DNA of 64,000 bases, taken from assembly GCA_016180645.1 (NCBI GenBank), contig JACPAV010000011.1:1-64000 (forward strand), given 5' to 3'. Below, piece by piece: positions 1 to 10,285 of this stretch; positions within the stretch are counted from its first letter, which is position 1, and each line of letters starts with the position of its first letter. A model generated the notes under the pieces. That model made no database searches and was not told the DNA's origin. It saw only the letters and a list, made by a program, of their open reading frames with translations. The DNA comes from Nitrospirota bacterium. Lineage in GTDB: Bacteria; JACPQY01. Made by a program: the position numbers and the translations under genes.

Positions 1-192
1 GACCCTCCCCTACGCATAATGACCAACATAAACCTTTCAAAGAATGGCAAAAGTCGATCTTAGAGCCTCTGACAGAATGCCGATTCGTAGGGGACCATCT
101 TCAGATGCTCCCTCTTGTCGGGAGGGTCTGAAGACCCTCCCCTACGCATGATGACCAACATAAGCCTTTCAAAGAATGGCAAAAGTCGATCT
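1..192. repeat. Tandem repeat (132-bp period) containing a GTAG-type REP pair
   Basis: 1-60 is nearly identical to 133-192. 87-145 reads GTAGGGGAC...GGGAGGGTCTGAAGACCCTCCCCTAC, an inverted palindromic pair. Confidence 0.85.
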
Positions 193-1301
193 CAGTGTAT
201 TGAAGATCCCGCGACGGGATTCGGGGAGGAAGGGTGGTTTCTCGGGAGGGGCGCTACTTCATGCAGGCGCCGCCGAAATCCGGCCGGGCGCGACCACAGG
301 AGTTTCACGGGTCCCCATCGCCTCCCCGGAGGTCGATACGTTGCGCGAGTCGGAAGGAAAAATCGAAGAGTTGAACCGCGACCTTGAAAAGGCCGTCGGG
401 CGGCTTCGGGAAACGATAGGCGAACGGGATACGGAACTCGAAACCGCCCGCCGACAACTCGATCTCCTGGTCCAAGAGGAGCAGCCGAAGTATCGACACG
501 ATAGCCAACCGGGACAAGGTCGGCCTCTTCGAAGCCGCGGGCGGTGGAACGTTGTTTCTCGATGAAATCGGCGATATTCCCCTCCCCTTGCAGGCCAAAC
601 TCCTCCGGGTTCTCCAGGAAGGCTCCGTGCGCCGGATCGGCTCGGACCGCGAGGTGAAAATCGACGTGAGAGTCGTTTCGGCCACAAACCGCGAACTGAA
701 ACAGGCGGTCAAAACGGGACAATTCAGGGAAGACCTGTACCATAGACTCCATGTCTTTCGAATCGAAATCCCTCCCCTGCGCGAACGGAGAGAGGACATC
801 CAAACGCTGGCCCGGTTCTTCGTGGAAGCGGTTCCGCAGATGGAGACGGGACCGGTGAAGTCGATCTCCCGCGGGGCCCTCCGCCTGCTCGCGGGATACG
901 CCTGGCCGGGCAACGTGCGCGAGCTCGAAAATGCCGTCCGAAACGCCTATGTGTTGAGCCGTGGCCCGGGCATTGAAAGTCGACCGCTCGCAACTCTCAT
1001 CCTGGATCAAGACATTCAAGATTCCCACCCGGATGCACCGCGCTTCCTGAACCAGAAAAGAGGAGATTCATCTTCCCCCTTCTCGCCGGCCGGCCACGGG
1101 GAGTCACGAAAAAGGGAATCTCTCCCTCTCCCTCCCTGGTCCGATCCCCCTCGGAGCGAGGTTGAAATCCCTCCATGGAAGGGTTACAGTTTCCGTCATG
1201 GTCGATGGCGACGCCGTCATGCCCCCGTGGGCACAATCGCTCTCAGAAGATATCCGCGCTTTCATTCGAGAGGGCCGGGAGGACCGTACACTCGCGGCTG
1301 A
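176..1301 (+). pseudogene. Sigma54-dependent enhancer-binding protein relic (internal deletion and frameshift)
   Basis: The coiled-coil ORF ending ...QPKYRHD joins out of frame at ~503 to ANRDKVGLFEAAGGGTLFLDEIG...LQAKLLRVLQE...FREDLYHRL...WPGNVREL. Walker A and GAFTG are absent and there is no clear C-terminal HTH. Confidence 0.75.
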
Positions 1302-1572
1302 AGACCGCCGACAAGCCGCCGAAGATCGCAAGGAGATGGTCCGGACATTCTTGATGCTGACGCGTGTCTTGGAAGGAATTCTGAAAACCCAACGGCAGCA
1401 GACTGAAATCCTCCACACTCACACCGAGTTGCTCAAGACCAACACGGAATTGTTTAGAACCAATACGAAACTCCTGAAGGCCAACAATCTCCTGCTTCAG
1501 AAGGCTCTTTCGAATGGGCGACTGGGAGGCAACGGCCGAGGCAGGCCGGGTCGCCCACCGAGATCGCACTAA
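1198..1572 (+). CDS. Hypothetical coiled-coil protein
   Basis: Heptad repeats EDRTLAA/EDRRQAA and HTELLKT/NTELFRT/NTKLLKA. Start uncertain (1198 or 1219). Confidence 0.6.
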   Translation: MVDGDAVMPPWAQSLSEDIRAFIREGREDRTLAAEDRRQAAEDRKEMVRTFLMLTRVLEGILKTQRQQTEILHTHTELLKTNTELFRTNTKLLKANNLLLQKALSNGRLGGNGRGRPGRPPRSH

Positions 1573-1671
1573 CTTTCAAAACCCAGGCCGGACCTCCGGC
1601 CCCCTCTGCTTCCCGCAGAACGTCCACCCCTCGATGGAACCCGCCCCGGTGAATCAGAATTGCGAGGTCCG

Positions 1672-3330
1672 ATGAAATCCGAGTGGAAGCGGTGCTTCGC
1701 GATTCCCCTGCTTTTCGTAGCGACTGCCTTGACCTCATGTAATGACGATGCCGCACAGTCCGAACCGGCGCTCAAACGTGGCACTCGGCTTCTGGAACGC
1801 GGAATTCCAAGCCAAGCTGAAGAAGCGTTCGACGCAGTCCTCGCGGCGGAACCCGGCCATGCCGGCGCAAAACTCGGCCGCGGACTCTCCCGATTCCTCT
1901 GGCTTTTCGATCTGGGGAACTGGATCGGGATGCTCGCGCTCGGTGGGAATGAATCGCACCCGAAGTCATCGCCCCCCCTGTTTCTTGCCCCTCTTCGCGC
2001 CACCACGCCGCCGCGGCCGACTCGAGATGAAAACGATGCCTTCCATGGATTCCTCGTGGGTACATTCCATCAACTCTCGACTCTGATGACGGAGACGGAG
2101 GTGGACCTCGCGGTGGCGGCCGAGTCACCTGGGACCCTCCTCTCCTTCGAGCGCCTCCCTTTCAAACTGAACGGCAAAGAGATCGCCGATCTCGGCGGCG
2201 AATGGCGCGCCTCCGACGCACGCATGGCCGGCATCGGCGCATCCTTCTTCTCGGGCGCGTTTCGCCTGGTCCTCTCCCAGGATCTCAAGACGGACTACGC
2301 AGGACTCTTCTCCTTCGCCAACCAGACGATCCTCCGCGCCCTCGATGAGGCGCGCGAAGGACAGGAGGACACCGGGCTTGCGGGACTCCTGAATCTGTTC
2401 GTTTTTCTTGTCACTCGACCCGACTACCCAGGCTTCCTGACTCCAAGCGCGCTCGACCTCGATCAAAACGGAACCCCGGACGGTGGGGAGGCCCACCTCC
2501 GTCTCCGGGAAAACCTCCTCCGGCAAACACAAGAGATCCAAGACATCCTCCGGGTGAAACTCGAAGAAGCGGACGATCCCGTCAAGCGCCCCTTCGGCAT
2601 TCACCGTCGCTCGGCCGCCTTGGGGAACACGCTCGTCATCGGGTCGGGACCGAAATCGATCCAGGTCACCCTCCCCGCCGAACTGGACGCGTCACTCAAA
2701 AAGACCGCCGGCCATCTCCGTCAACATGATCCCGTCCAACTTTCCATGAAGTCCGATCTCGCGCCGATGCTCGCGTTCGCGGTGACGGCTTTCCTGAAAA
2801 CGGGCCTCCTTCCCATTCCGGCGGACCTGACGGTACTGGACACCCAAATCGTGCAGGCCCTTTTCGTTGGAGGACTCAACCGGGACATCGGCCTCGACGT
2901 CTACGCCCTCCTCTCAAACCCGCTCAATCTCCGTTCCTTCCTTCCGCTCGCCCGCTCGGACCGTCCACCGGACGAGATCAATTTCCTGCTCGAATGGGAA
3001 TGTCCCGCCGCGCTCGCCGGCGCCGTCATCGGGACATCGGCTTATTTTCCCGGCAGCGGCGATCTGATTTGCGGCGGTGGCGAGACGCTCGTGGACGCGC
3101 CCCACTTCACCGATCCAATTTTCTCGGCCTTCAAGTTTCCTTCAATCGAGGCAGACGGTATCCCAAGTTCCCTGCCGTACCTCCCCTTCCCTGACCCCAC
3201 GCTTGGGGGTTTCCTTTATTTGGAAGATGAATCCGGTCTGCGGCCGGCCTCACTCTCCTCCCTCAACGCTTTCATCGCCCAATTCGGCCCTCTGGTCTCA
3301 GGTGCATTGGGCGCGCCACTTCGACCATGA
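1672..3330 (+). CDS. Hypothetical lipoprotein with N-terminal TPR-like helix pair
   Basis: Lipobox LTSC; AEEAFDAVLAAEPGHAGAKLGRG is TPR-like; ATGA overlap with the next gene. Confidence 0.75.
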   Translation: MKSEWKRCFAIPLLFVATALTSCNDDAAQSEPALKRGTRLLERGIPSQAEEAFDAVLAAEPGHAGAKLGRGLSRFLWLFDLGNWIGMLALGGNESHPKSSPPLFLAPLRATTPPRPTRDENDAFHGFLVGTFHQLSTLMTETEVDLAVAAESPGTLLSFERLPFKLNGKEIADLGGEWRASDARMAGIGASFFSGAFRLVLSQDLKTDYAGLFSFANQTILRALDEAREGQEDTGLAGLLNLFVFLVTRPDYPGFLTPSALDLDQNGTPDGGEAHLRLRENLLRQTQEIQDILRVKLEEADDPVKRPFGIHRRSAALGNTLVIGSGPKSIQVTLPAELDASLKKTAGHLRQHDPVQLSMKSDLAPMLAFAVTAFLKTGLLPIPADLTVLDTQIVQALFVGGLNRDIGLDVYALLSNPLNLRSFLPLARSDRPPDEINFLLEWECPAALAGAVIGTSAYFPGSGDLICGGGETLVDAPHFTDPIFSAFKFPSIEADGIPSSLPYLPFPDPTLGGFLYLEDESGLRPASLSSLNAFIAQFGPLVSGALGAPLRP

Positions 3331-5540
3331 AACGTCTCCCACTCCTCGCCACGGCTGTGGTTGGCCTCCTCGGCTGCACAAGCGAAAGCCCCTGCCGCGT
3401 GCCCACCCCTTCCGAGATCGCCCAAGCTCCCCCCGGCGAGATCGAGCTGGGTATCTTCAAGACCTTCACCGGACGCCTCCTGAGTCCAATTGGCGATCAA
3501 GTTGAAGTAGGCACGATGCCCGTCAATCTCGCTGTTTCTCCCGATGGAAGATTCGCGGCGGTGACGCATGCCGGGGCGCGGGATCTGACACTCGCTAATC
3601 CCGTTGATCAAAGTATTCGGATCATCGAGATTGACTCCGGCCGAATCATCACCACGCTCGCCGAACCCAATCTTTTCTCCGGCATTGTCTTCAATCCGAA
3701 CGGGCTGGAACTCTACGCCGCTACGGGTGCAGGGGGTGAGGTGGTCGCCTACAACGGAAACTTCGAACGTTCATGGGTCATCCCGATCGAAAACTACCCG
3801 GCAGGATTGGCCGCTACGCCCGACGGCCGGACGCTGCTCGTGTCACGCATGCTCAAACACACGGTAACGCTAATCGACACGGAACGGATCGAAAAGATAG
3901 CCGACTTGGAAACATGGGCCTACCCGTTGGACATCGCGGTCTCGCCCGACGGTTCCCGCGCCTACGTGTCGAACTGGGGCGATTCCTCCATTGCCATTCT
4001 CGATCTCCGGGAAAAACGCACCTTGGGCCGCGTTGAGGTCGGAAAACATCCCGAGGGCGTGGCGCTCAATCCCGACGGAAATCTCCTGTACGTTGCAAAC
4101 AGCGATTCGGACGACGTCAGCGTGGTTGATACGGCAACCCAAACCGTTGCGGCAACGATTTCATTGAAATGGAACGGCACCGATCCCCTGGGAATCACAC
4201 CGGTGGATGTTGCCGTCTCGGCCGACGGAACCCGTGTTTACGCGGCCACGGCAGGCGACAACGCGATCGCCGTTATCGATGCCGCACAGCGCACCCTCCT
4301 CGGCCGGATTCCGGTCGGTCACTACCCAACCGCGCTGGCCGCCTCCGCGGGCCGGCTTGTCGTTGCCAACATGAAATCGGCCGTCGCCCGCCCCAATGTC
4401 GGCCGGGAGTTTGTCGGCGCCATCCAGCGTGGATCGGTGTCGATTCTCGATCGGCCCTCCGATTCCGAACTTCCGGCACTAACCGAAATAGTCCGCCGCA
4501 ACGCGAGCCGAGCCGAAGCCGCCTTCCCCATCGGCGACTCGTGCACAAATCTGGATGGCCCCGTCCCTCTCAGCGAGGGTCAGCCGTCCCCCCTCCGCCA
4601 CGTCGTCTATGTCGTGCACGAGAACAAGACGTACGATTCCGTCCTGGGGGACATGCCCGAACCGGCGCGAACCGATCCCTCCCTCGTTCGCTACGGCGAA
4701 ACGGTCACGCCCAATCTCCACGCCCTCGCGAGCCGCTTCGCCAACCTCGACAACTGCTACGTCCCCGGCGAACAGGCCCTCCAGGCCCACACGTGGATCT
4801 CGCAAGGCTGGATGAACGATTTCGCGGAGAAAAACGCCCCGGCCATGTGGGGCCGGCCCGACGGAGGCGCCTTTTTCGTCCCCGGCGCGGACCCCGCCGC
4901 CCGACCGTCAGACCGGTTGCTCCTGGACGCGCTGGCCGATGCCGGCCTGAGATTCCGAATGTACGGCGAAGTGACCGGCACCCTCTCCGATTTCTTCGGA
5001 TCGTACCGCACGAGTATCGATCTCAACTACCCCACGTGGAGTTTGCAGGTGCGCGACGTGGATAAAGCGGCTGAGTTCATCCGCGAACTGAATGAAGGGA
5101 TCTTCCCCGCTTTCGTGATCCTCTGGCTTCCCAATGACGTGACCAACAGGACGGAGCCGGGCAAGCCTTCGCCCGAATCGATGGTCTCAGACAACGACCT
5201 CGCGACAGGCCAAGTTGTAGAAGCCATCAGCCGAAGCCCGTTCTGGAATGAAACCGTCGTATTCATCTTCAACGACGACACGCAGGGCCAAGCCGACCAC
5301 ATCGACTCCCACCGCGGACCGTGCGTTGTCGTCGGTCCGCACGTGAAACGAGGCCACACGTCCCACGTCCACTACTCGATCCCCTCCTTCCATCGCACGA
5401 TGGGCCTCATCCTCGGTGTGGCCCCGATCAGCCGTTACGACCAACTCGCCCCCCCCATGTACGACCTCTTCTCCTCGAAACCCCTCAATTCGGAACCGTA
5501 CACTCCCGTCGATCCCTCCATCCCCTTCCGCCGGAACTGA
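3327..5540 (+). CDS. Lipoprotein: YVTN/YncE beta-propeller plus phosphoesterase (alkaline-phosphatase-like) domain
   Basis: Lipobox LLGC; repeated SPDG..YV.N propeller blades; ENKTYD and DDTQGQADHIDSHR motifs. Confidence 0.85.
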   Translation: MKRLPLLATAVVGLLGCTSESPCRVPTPSEIAQAPPGEIELGIFKTFTGRLLSPIGDQVEVGTMPVNLAVSPDGRFAAVTHAGARDLTLANPVDQSIRIIEIDSGRIITTLAEPNLFSGIVFNPNGLELYAATGAGGEVVAYNGNFERSWVIPIENYPAGLAATPDGRTLLVSRMLKHTVTLIDTERIEKIADLETWAYPLDIAVSPDGSRAYVSNWGDSSIAILDLREKRTLGRVEVGKHPEGVALNPDGNLLYVANSDSDDVSVVDTATQTVAATISLKWNGTDPLGITPVDVAVSADGTRVYAATAGDNAIAVIDAAQRTLLGRIPVGHYPTALAASAGRLVVANMKSAVARPNVGREFVGAIQRGSVSILDRPSDSELPALTEIVRRNASRAEAAFPIGDSCTNLDGPVPLSEGQPSPLRHVVYVVHENKTYDSVLGDMPEPARTDPSLVRYGETVTPNLHALASRFANLDNCYVPGEQALQAHTWISQGWMNDFAEKNAPAMWGRPDGGAFFVPGADPAARPSDRLLLDALADAGLRFRMYGEVTGTLSDFFGSYRTSIDLNYPTWSLQVRDVDKAAEFIRELNEGIFPAFVILWLPNDVTNRTEPGKPSPESMVSDNDLATGQVVEAISRSPFWNETVVFIFNDDTQGQADHIDSHRGPCVVVGPHVKRGHTSHVHYSIPSFHRTMGLILGVAPISRYDQLAPPMYDLFSSKPLNSEPYTPVDPSIPFRRN

Positions 5541-6445
5541 TGAAGCGGTGGGTTCTTCCCTTTGTCCTCCTGACCCATGCCCACTTTTCGTGCGCAGGGC
5601 TCATTCGCGGCAATCGCGACTATTTCGCGATTCATGGTTTGCCTGAAGGTGCAGCCCTCCGGGTCAACGGCGCGCCGGCAGAGCCGGGTACCTGTCTTGT
5701 CTTCGAACGCCACGAGGATTCGACGATCGATATCCTGCAAGATGGACGCGTCTTGGGCACCATCCGTCTGCGCAGGGAGGTGTATGGCCCCGCCCTCCTG
5801 GAATCCATTTACGCCGGCGGAGTCGTTGGCGCCTGGTTGGATCACAAAGGCGGGGGCCTGTACGAACTGAAGGAGGATCGCTCGGATTCCGGCAAGCAGG
5901 AGATCTCGAGCGTTCGCCTGGAATCGGAATGTGGACCCTCGTGGAATCGCTACCGAGTATCCATTCTAGGGGGGGTCACCGTAAAGCATAAGGATCCCGG
6001 GAGGCGAACTCCGGAAACCCAGTTCAATCAGGGCTGGCTCACATTGGGAGGGAGGGGATTCCAGCCTTTGGAGCTATTCACCGAAGTCTACTACTTGAGA
6101 TATGCCGACACCCGTGACCGCCGGCAGGAGGAGGACACGGCGTTTTCTCTCCCTTTCCCGGGCCTTTCGGCGCCGGCGGGATTGAACCTCTATCTCGTAA
6201 GCCTTTCCCGCCTGGATGTATTCCTGGGGGCAGGGCTGGCGCTCTTCTCAGGAGGCGCCGGAAACGGCCTCGGTCCCTCCACCGCCCATCTCGGATTTCG
6301 GGTGCGCTTCAAAGATAATTGGGAACTGACGTCGCAGCTAAAGTACCTGACGCTTCTTCGCTCCTTTGGAGACGATGAACTGGATTCGACCCATCTCGCA
6401 GAGCGTTGGATCCTTCAGTATGGCGTCGGCCGATCTTGGCGATAG
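5540..6445 (+). CDS. Exported hypothetical protein, PEGA-like N-terminus and probable small outer-membrane beta-barrel C-terminus
   Basis: ATG overlaps the upstream TGA; signal-like MKRWVLPFVLL...SC; amphipathic strands ending ILQYGVGRSW. Confidence 0.6.
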   Translation: MKRWVLPFVLLTHAHFSCAGLIRGNRDYFAIHGLPEGAALRVNGAPAEPGTCLVFERHEDSTIDILQDGRVLGTIRLRREVYGPALLESIYAGGVVGAWLDHKGGGLYELKEDRSDSGKQEISSVRLESECGPSWNRYRVSILGGVTVKHKDPGRRTPETQFNQGWLTLGGRGFQPLELFTEVYYLRYADTRDRRQEEDTAFSLPFPGLSAPAGLNLYLVSLSRLDVFLGAGLALFSGGAGNGLGPSTAHLGFRVRFKDNWELTSQLKYLTLLRSFGDDELDSTHLAERWILQYGVGRSWR

Positions 6446-6472
6446 GCCGCCCGCTTTCCCCACTCGAATACC

Positions 6473-6865
6473 CTATCTTCGCGATCCCAGTTTCTTTCTG
6501 AGAAACGCCCGGAGCTTCTTCATGGTCTTCACGGCGGCCCTCGCCTCCGCAGGCGTCGCTTCATCACCGGGATAGCGCACGGTCACCGCATAAACATTTA
6601 GGCCGATGGCAGCATCCCTGACGACCTGCACCAAGGGATCGATGCCGGACGCCAGGTCCAGCAGCTCCCGAAGATCGTGTGTCTTCGGAAACATGATATT
6701 GTGCAGCGTCAGGAACCCCTTGAGATATTTCTCAACGCACTGCTGCGCGTGGAAACAAACAATGTCAGGCATCCCTTTTTGACGCAAGGACACCAATTTC
6801 GCCGCAGCCTTGAAATCGGCCTCGGCCTTGCTGACCCAAGCCTGGTACTTACTGCCGTTTTTCAT
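6473..6865 (-). CDS. HEPN domain protein (HEPN/MNT pair)
   Basis: W..KAEAD...A, CFHAQQCVEKYLKG, FPKTHDL and VRYPG motifs. Confidence 0.9.
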   Translation of the reverse strand: MKNGSKYQAWVSKAEADFKAAAKLVSLRQKGMPDIVCFHAQQCVEKYLKGFLTLHNIMFPKTHDLRELLDLASGIDPLVQVVRDAAIGLNVYAVTVRYPGDEATPAEARAAVKTMKKLRAFLRKKLGSRR

Positions 6866-7208
6866 ATAGAATTTGCCCCTTCGCAAGAACTTCGTCGAGG
6901 AAGGGATCGAACCACTTTAGACGCTTCCGGACCTCCCCCGGGGTCAAAACAAGAATGTCCATTGGGGTGAACGGAATGTCACATGCCTTGTACGCCTCAT
7001 ATCGCCTACGCGAAGGCCGCTTGCGGCTGTTCATGATGACCAGAATATCCACGTCGCTGTCCACTGTCGGTCTGCCATAGGCATACGATCCGAAAAGGAT
7101 CACCTTGATGGGATTGAAGTTCCGCACGATACGGTCGCGAATCTCCAGAATGGCGCTGCGCGGCACCTTCCGGAGTCCCCGACCGTTGTGAACGACCTTG
7201 CGAGCCAT
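6849..7208 (-). CDS. Minimal nucleotidyltransferase (MNT)
   Basis: ILFGSYAYG...DSDVDILV motif; overlaps the HEPN gene; TATACT lies 6 nt upstream of ATG 7208. Confidence 0.9.
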   Translation of the reverse strand: MARKVVHNGRGLRKVPRSAILEIRDRIVRNFNPIKVILFGSYAYGRPTVDSDVDILVIMNSRKRPSRRRYEAYKACDIPFTPMDILVLTPGEVRKRLKWFDPFLDEVLAKGQILYEKRQ

Positions 7209-7302
7209 GGTGCGAGTATACCCACCCTGATGCCAACCGAAAAGCCGACCCCCGCGGTGACGGTGCGAAGGAAATCGACTCGTGTTAAACTCCCACCCCG
7301 TC

Positions 7303-8322
7303 ATGACGATCAAGCACTGGCTCCTGTTCGTCCTCCACAAATTGATTGATTGGTTCACTCGCGTTCTCGCGTGGGTCGGCTACCGGCTCCACCCCGAGGC
7401 CAATCCAAATCGGTATGGCGTCGATCTGATCCGGGATATTCCCTACTCCGGTTCGGGAAATTCCGCGCACCGGCTCGATGTCTACCGTCCCAGGTCCGAC
7501 AAGCCCCTGCCCACGCTGATGTACATCCACGGCGGCGGGTTCACCGTTTGCTCCAAGAGCACCCACCAGATCTTCGCGCTTGTCTTCTCCTCACAAAAAT
7601 ACGTCGTCTTCAACGTCAATTATCGGCTCGCACCCATTCATCGGTACCCGGCTGCCATCGAAGACGTCTGCACCGCCCTCCTCTGGATTCTCGATCACGC
7701 CCGCGAGTACGGAGCCGATCCGGATCAGCTCGTCATCGCCGGTGAATCGGCCGGAGGGAACCTCACGGCAGCCCTCGCCTACATCATCACACACCGCCGC
7801 GAGGAGGCCTTCGCGCGGGCCGCTTTCGATCGCCAACCCAACATCCGCGCGGTCCTTCCGATCTACGGCATCCATGATCTGAATGACATTCCTCGCTTCT
7901 GGCGCAATCCGGACAAGGCTAGAAAAATGTCCTGGGCCATCAAAGGCGAACTCCAGTGGTGTGCTGACGCCTACGTGGGCGATGCGCCGGAATTGGCCCC
8001 ACTCGCCCATCCTCTGCGGCGTTTCACCGAGCCGCCCCCGGACGGCTCACGCCCGTTGCCCCCGTTCTTCATCCCCGTCGGCACCGCCGATCCCCTGCTG
8101 GACGACTCCCGCCGCCTCCACGCCGCGATTCAAGCCCGTGGTGGCTCCAGCGAACTGCACATCTACCCCGGCGAAATCCACGGCTTCAACGCGATGCTCT
8201 GGCGCTCAAACGCGCAAGCCAAATGGAAGGCTCTTTTCAGCTTCCTCAGCCGGCACGTTCCCGGCGCCCCACCCGTCAACCTCCGGTTCACGCAACAGCC
8301 ATCTTCCCACCCAATACCGTAA
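7303..8322 (+). CDS. Alpha/beta hydrolase, HSL-family esterase
   Basis: HGGGF oxyanion motif, GESAG nucleophile, DPL and HGF. Confidence 0.9.
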   Translation: MTIKHWLLFVLHKLIDWFTRVLAWVGYRLHPEANPNRYGVDLIRDIPYSGSGNSAHRLDVYRPRSDKPLPTLMYIHGGGFTVCSKSTHQIFALVFSSQKYVVFNVNYRLAPIHRYPAAIEDVCTALLWILDHAREYGADPDQLVIAGESAGGNLTAALAYIITHRREEAFARAAFDRQPNIRAVLPIYGIHDLNDIPRFWRNPDKARKMSWAIKGELQWCADAYVGDAPELAPLAHPLRRFTEPPPDGSRPLPPFFIPVGTADPLLDDSRRLHAAIQARGGSSELHIYPGEIHGFNAMLWRSNAQAKWKALFSFLSRHVPGAPPVNLRFTQQPSSHPIP

Positions 8323-8380
8323 AACAGCCGCACAACTGATTCCTGGAACAATCTCACGGTTCGACCGCTGAGAAAGAACC

Positions 8381-9028
8381 CTACGAGATCTCGCCCCGCG
8401 GCCTGAACGCGCGAATCACCTCCACCGGAAACGACCAATGGTCCGCTCGCTCAGTCCGGATCTCTTGGAATCCGGCGGCGGCCAGCGCGGGACCAACCGA
8501 AGTCCCGCGTCCGCCCCCCCACAAGCTCGGAAACAGGCGGTAGAACCATTCGAACAGTTTGTGATACCAGGTCTCCGCTTTCACCCGGTCCACGACCACG
8601 ATCCGTCCGCCCACGCGGAGGACTCGGTGGCATTCCGCAAGGGAAGCGGCGATATCCTCCGGTCGCAGGAGATCGAGCACGAAAATATTCAGAATGAGAT
8701 CGAACACGGCGGGCCTGAGCGGGATGGCCAGCATGTTCGCTACCCCGAAGATCGCTCCATCCGTGCCCGCCGAGTGAAGCCGATTCCTCGCCTGCACCAG
8801 CATGGAAGGAGTCAGATCCAGCCCGACGTTCAATCCCGATCGGTTGAGCACGGCGGCCTTGGAGAACATGAGGCCGGTTCCCACCGCCACCTCCACAAGA
8901 CGCTCCCCTTCTCGGATCCCGGCCAATTCGAGGGCCTTGCGGTGCGCGTGCCGGGCCACCATCCAACCCCAGATGTTGTAAAGACGCGCGAAAACGGAAT
9001 ACGTCCGTCGCACCCGATTCGTGTCCAT
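8381..9028 (-). CDS. Class I SAM-dependent methyltransferase (UbiE-like)
   Basis: VEVAVGTG motif I, GLDLT, FDLI and RVLRVGG. Confidence 0.85.
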   Translation of the reverse strand: MDTNRVRRTYSVFARLYNIWGWMVARHAHRKALELAGIREGERLVEVAVGTGLMFSKAAVLNRSGLNVGLDLTPSMLVQARNRLHSAGTDGAIFGVANMLAIPLRPAVFDLILNIFVLDLLRPEDIAASLAECHRVLRVGGRIVVVDRVKAETWYHKLFEWFYRLFPSLWGGGRGTSVGPALAAAGFQEIRTERADHWSFPVEVIRAFRPRGEIS

Positions 9029-9178
9029 TCACCCGCAATTTACCCCAGCAAGCCTCTCGTGCAAATTCCCGAATGCGGCGGGCCTGTCTACTCCCCACTC
9101 CCGATCGAGTTCGGAGTCGTCGCCGCGCTGGATGTATCAAGGGAGTTGTGCCGGACAAATCATGATAGGCTCATTCAG

Positions 9179-10285
9179 GTGATAGGCCCCCGTTCTTCAA
9201 ACTTCACATTCCCACCGACTCAAGGCGCCCGAGCCATCCCTGAATCGGCTCCAACCCGAATCGTCGAGGATGGTCTGATTCAATTCGGCCGGTTCACGGA
9301 ACCGCCGCGCCACATGAACCTGCTGGACTCACGCCTCTTGAAGGGACTGGGGGCAAGTTGGCCGACTCCCCCACTCTTGATTGAGTGGGTGGGTGCAGGC
9401 ATGGCGCACCCCGATTGGTACTTGGGACTGATCGTCATGGATGCCAGACTCGCGTCTCTCGCCGTCGTCTATGGCCACAACCGTCAAACCGGCGAATATT
9501 TCTCCCACGATCGCCCCGCGCGTCGAAACCGCGTGCGAGTCGCGAATTCGACTTGGAGCGATGTCACTGAATTCCATGGTCGAGATTTCCACGTCGAAAT
9601 CGTTCACCGACTGGAGGAGGGATTCCACCGCGTCAAACTCGACATCCTTGCCGAAGGAAACAAACCGGAGGTCCGAGGCGAACTGGTCTGGCACGAGGAT
9701 CTCCGCCAAACGCAGCCGCTCGTGCTGCTATCTCCGGTGGCCAAGGGCGGCTTCATCTACAACCACAAGGCACAAATGCCGATCGAAGGTTCGCTGGATA
9801 TTGACGGTCGGCGCATTGATTTCAATCCGAACCGCGACGTGGCCAATTTGGACGAGGTCAAGATTCATCCGGGCGGAGCGACCCGACTGAGCTATCGTTG
9901 GTTCAACTTCGCCGGCTTTGACGCCGCGGGTCGGCTGGTCGGGCTGGACCTGGCTCACAGCCCTCAAAAACCCGATCCCTACTGGTCCGAGAACTGCTTA
10001 TGGGTGGGCAAGGCGCTGTGGCCGGCTCCGGAAGTCCATTTCGAGAACGACGCCCGCGACTTGATGAAACCTTGGCGTGCATCCGACCAGGAGGGGCTGG
10101 TGGATATCACCTTCTATCCTGAAGGCGGGAAACTCGTGAATCTAGGCCCGATCGGGAAGTACCACCAAAAGTGCGGCCGATTCCGGGGGACGGCTGTCGA
10201 CGGATTGGGCGAGAAGCACCAGATCCGCGACTACTACGGTTGCGCCGAAAGCGCCGAGATCCTGACTTGGAAATTCTGGCGTTGA
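9179..10285 (+). CDS. DUF2804-like protein
   Basis: 3' part of the 615-aa ORF, whose 5' part is antisense to the methyltransferase. YNHK..MP.EG, SENCLW, PWR and YHQ..GRF.G resemble DUF2804. GTG start preceded by TAGGCT. Confidence 0.7.
   Translation: MIGPRSSNFTFPPTQGARAIPESAPTRIVEDGLIQFGRFTEPPRHMNLLDSRLLKGLGASWPTPPLLIEWVGAGMAHPDWYLGLIVMDARLASLAVVYGHNRQTGEYFSHDRPARRNRVRVANSTWSDVTEFHGRDFHVEIVHRLEEGFHRVKLDILAEGNKPEVRGELVWHEDLRQTQPLVLLSPVAKGGFIYNHKAQMPIEGSLDIDGRRIDFNPNRDVANLDEVKIHPGGATRLSYRWFNFAGFDAAGRLVGLDLAHSPQKPDPYWSENCLWVGKALWPAPEVHFENDARDLMKPWRASDQEGLVDITFYPEGGKLVNLGPIGKYHQKCGRFRGTAVDGLGEKHQIRDYYGCAESAEILTWKFWR

Noticed and set aside
6473-7208. HEPN/MNT pair as a novel system
   Set aside because: This is a well-known, widespread two-gene family, so it is listed as a feature only.
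8438-9178. 5' part of the 615-aa ORF
   Set aside because: It is the antisense shadow of the methyltransferase; recognisable content begins at GTG 9179.
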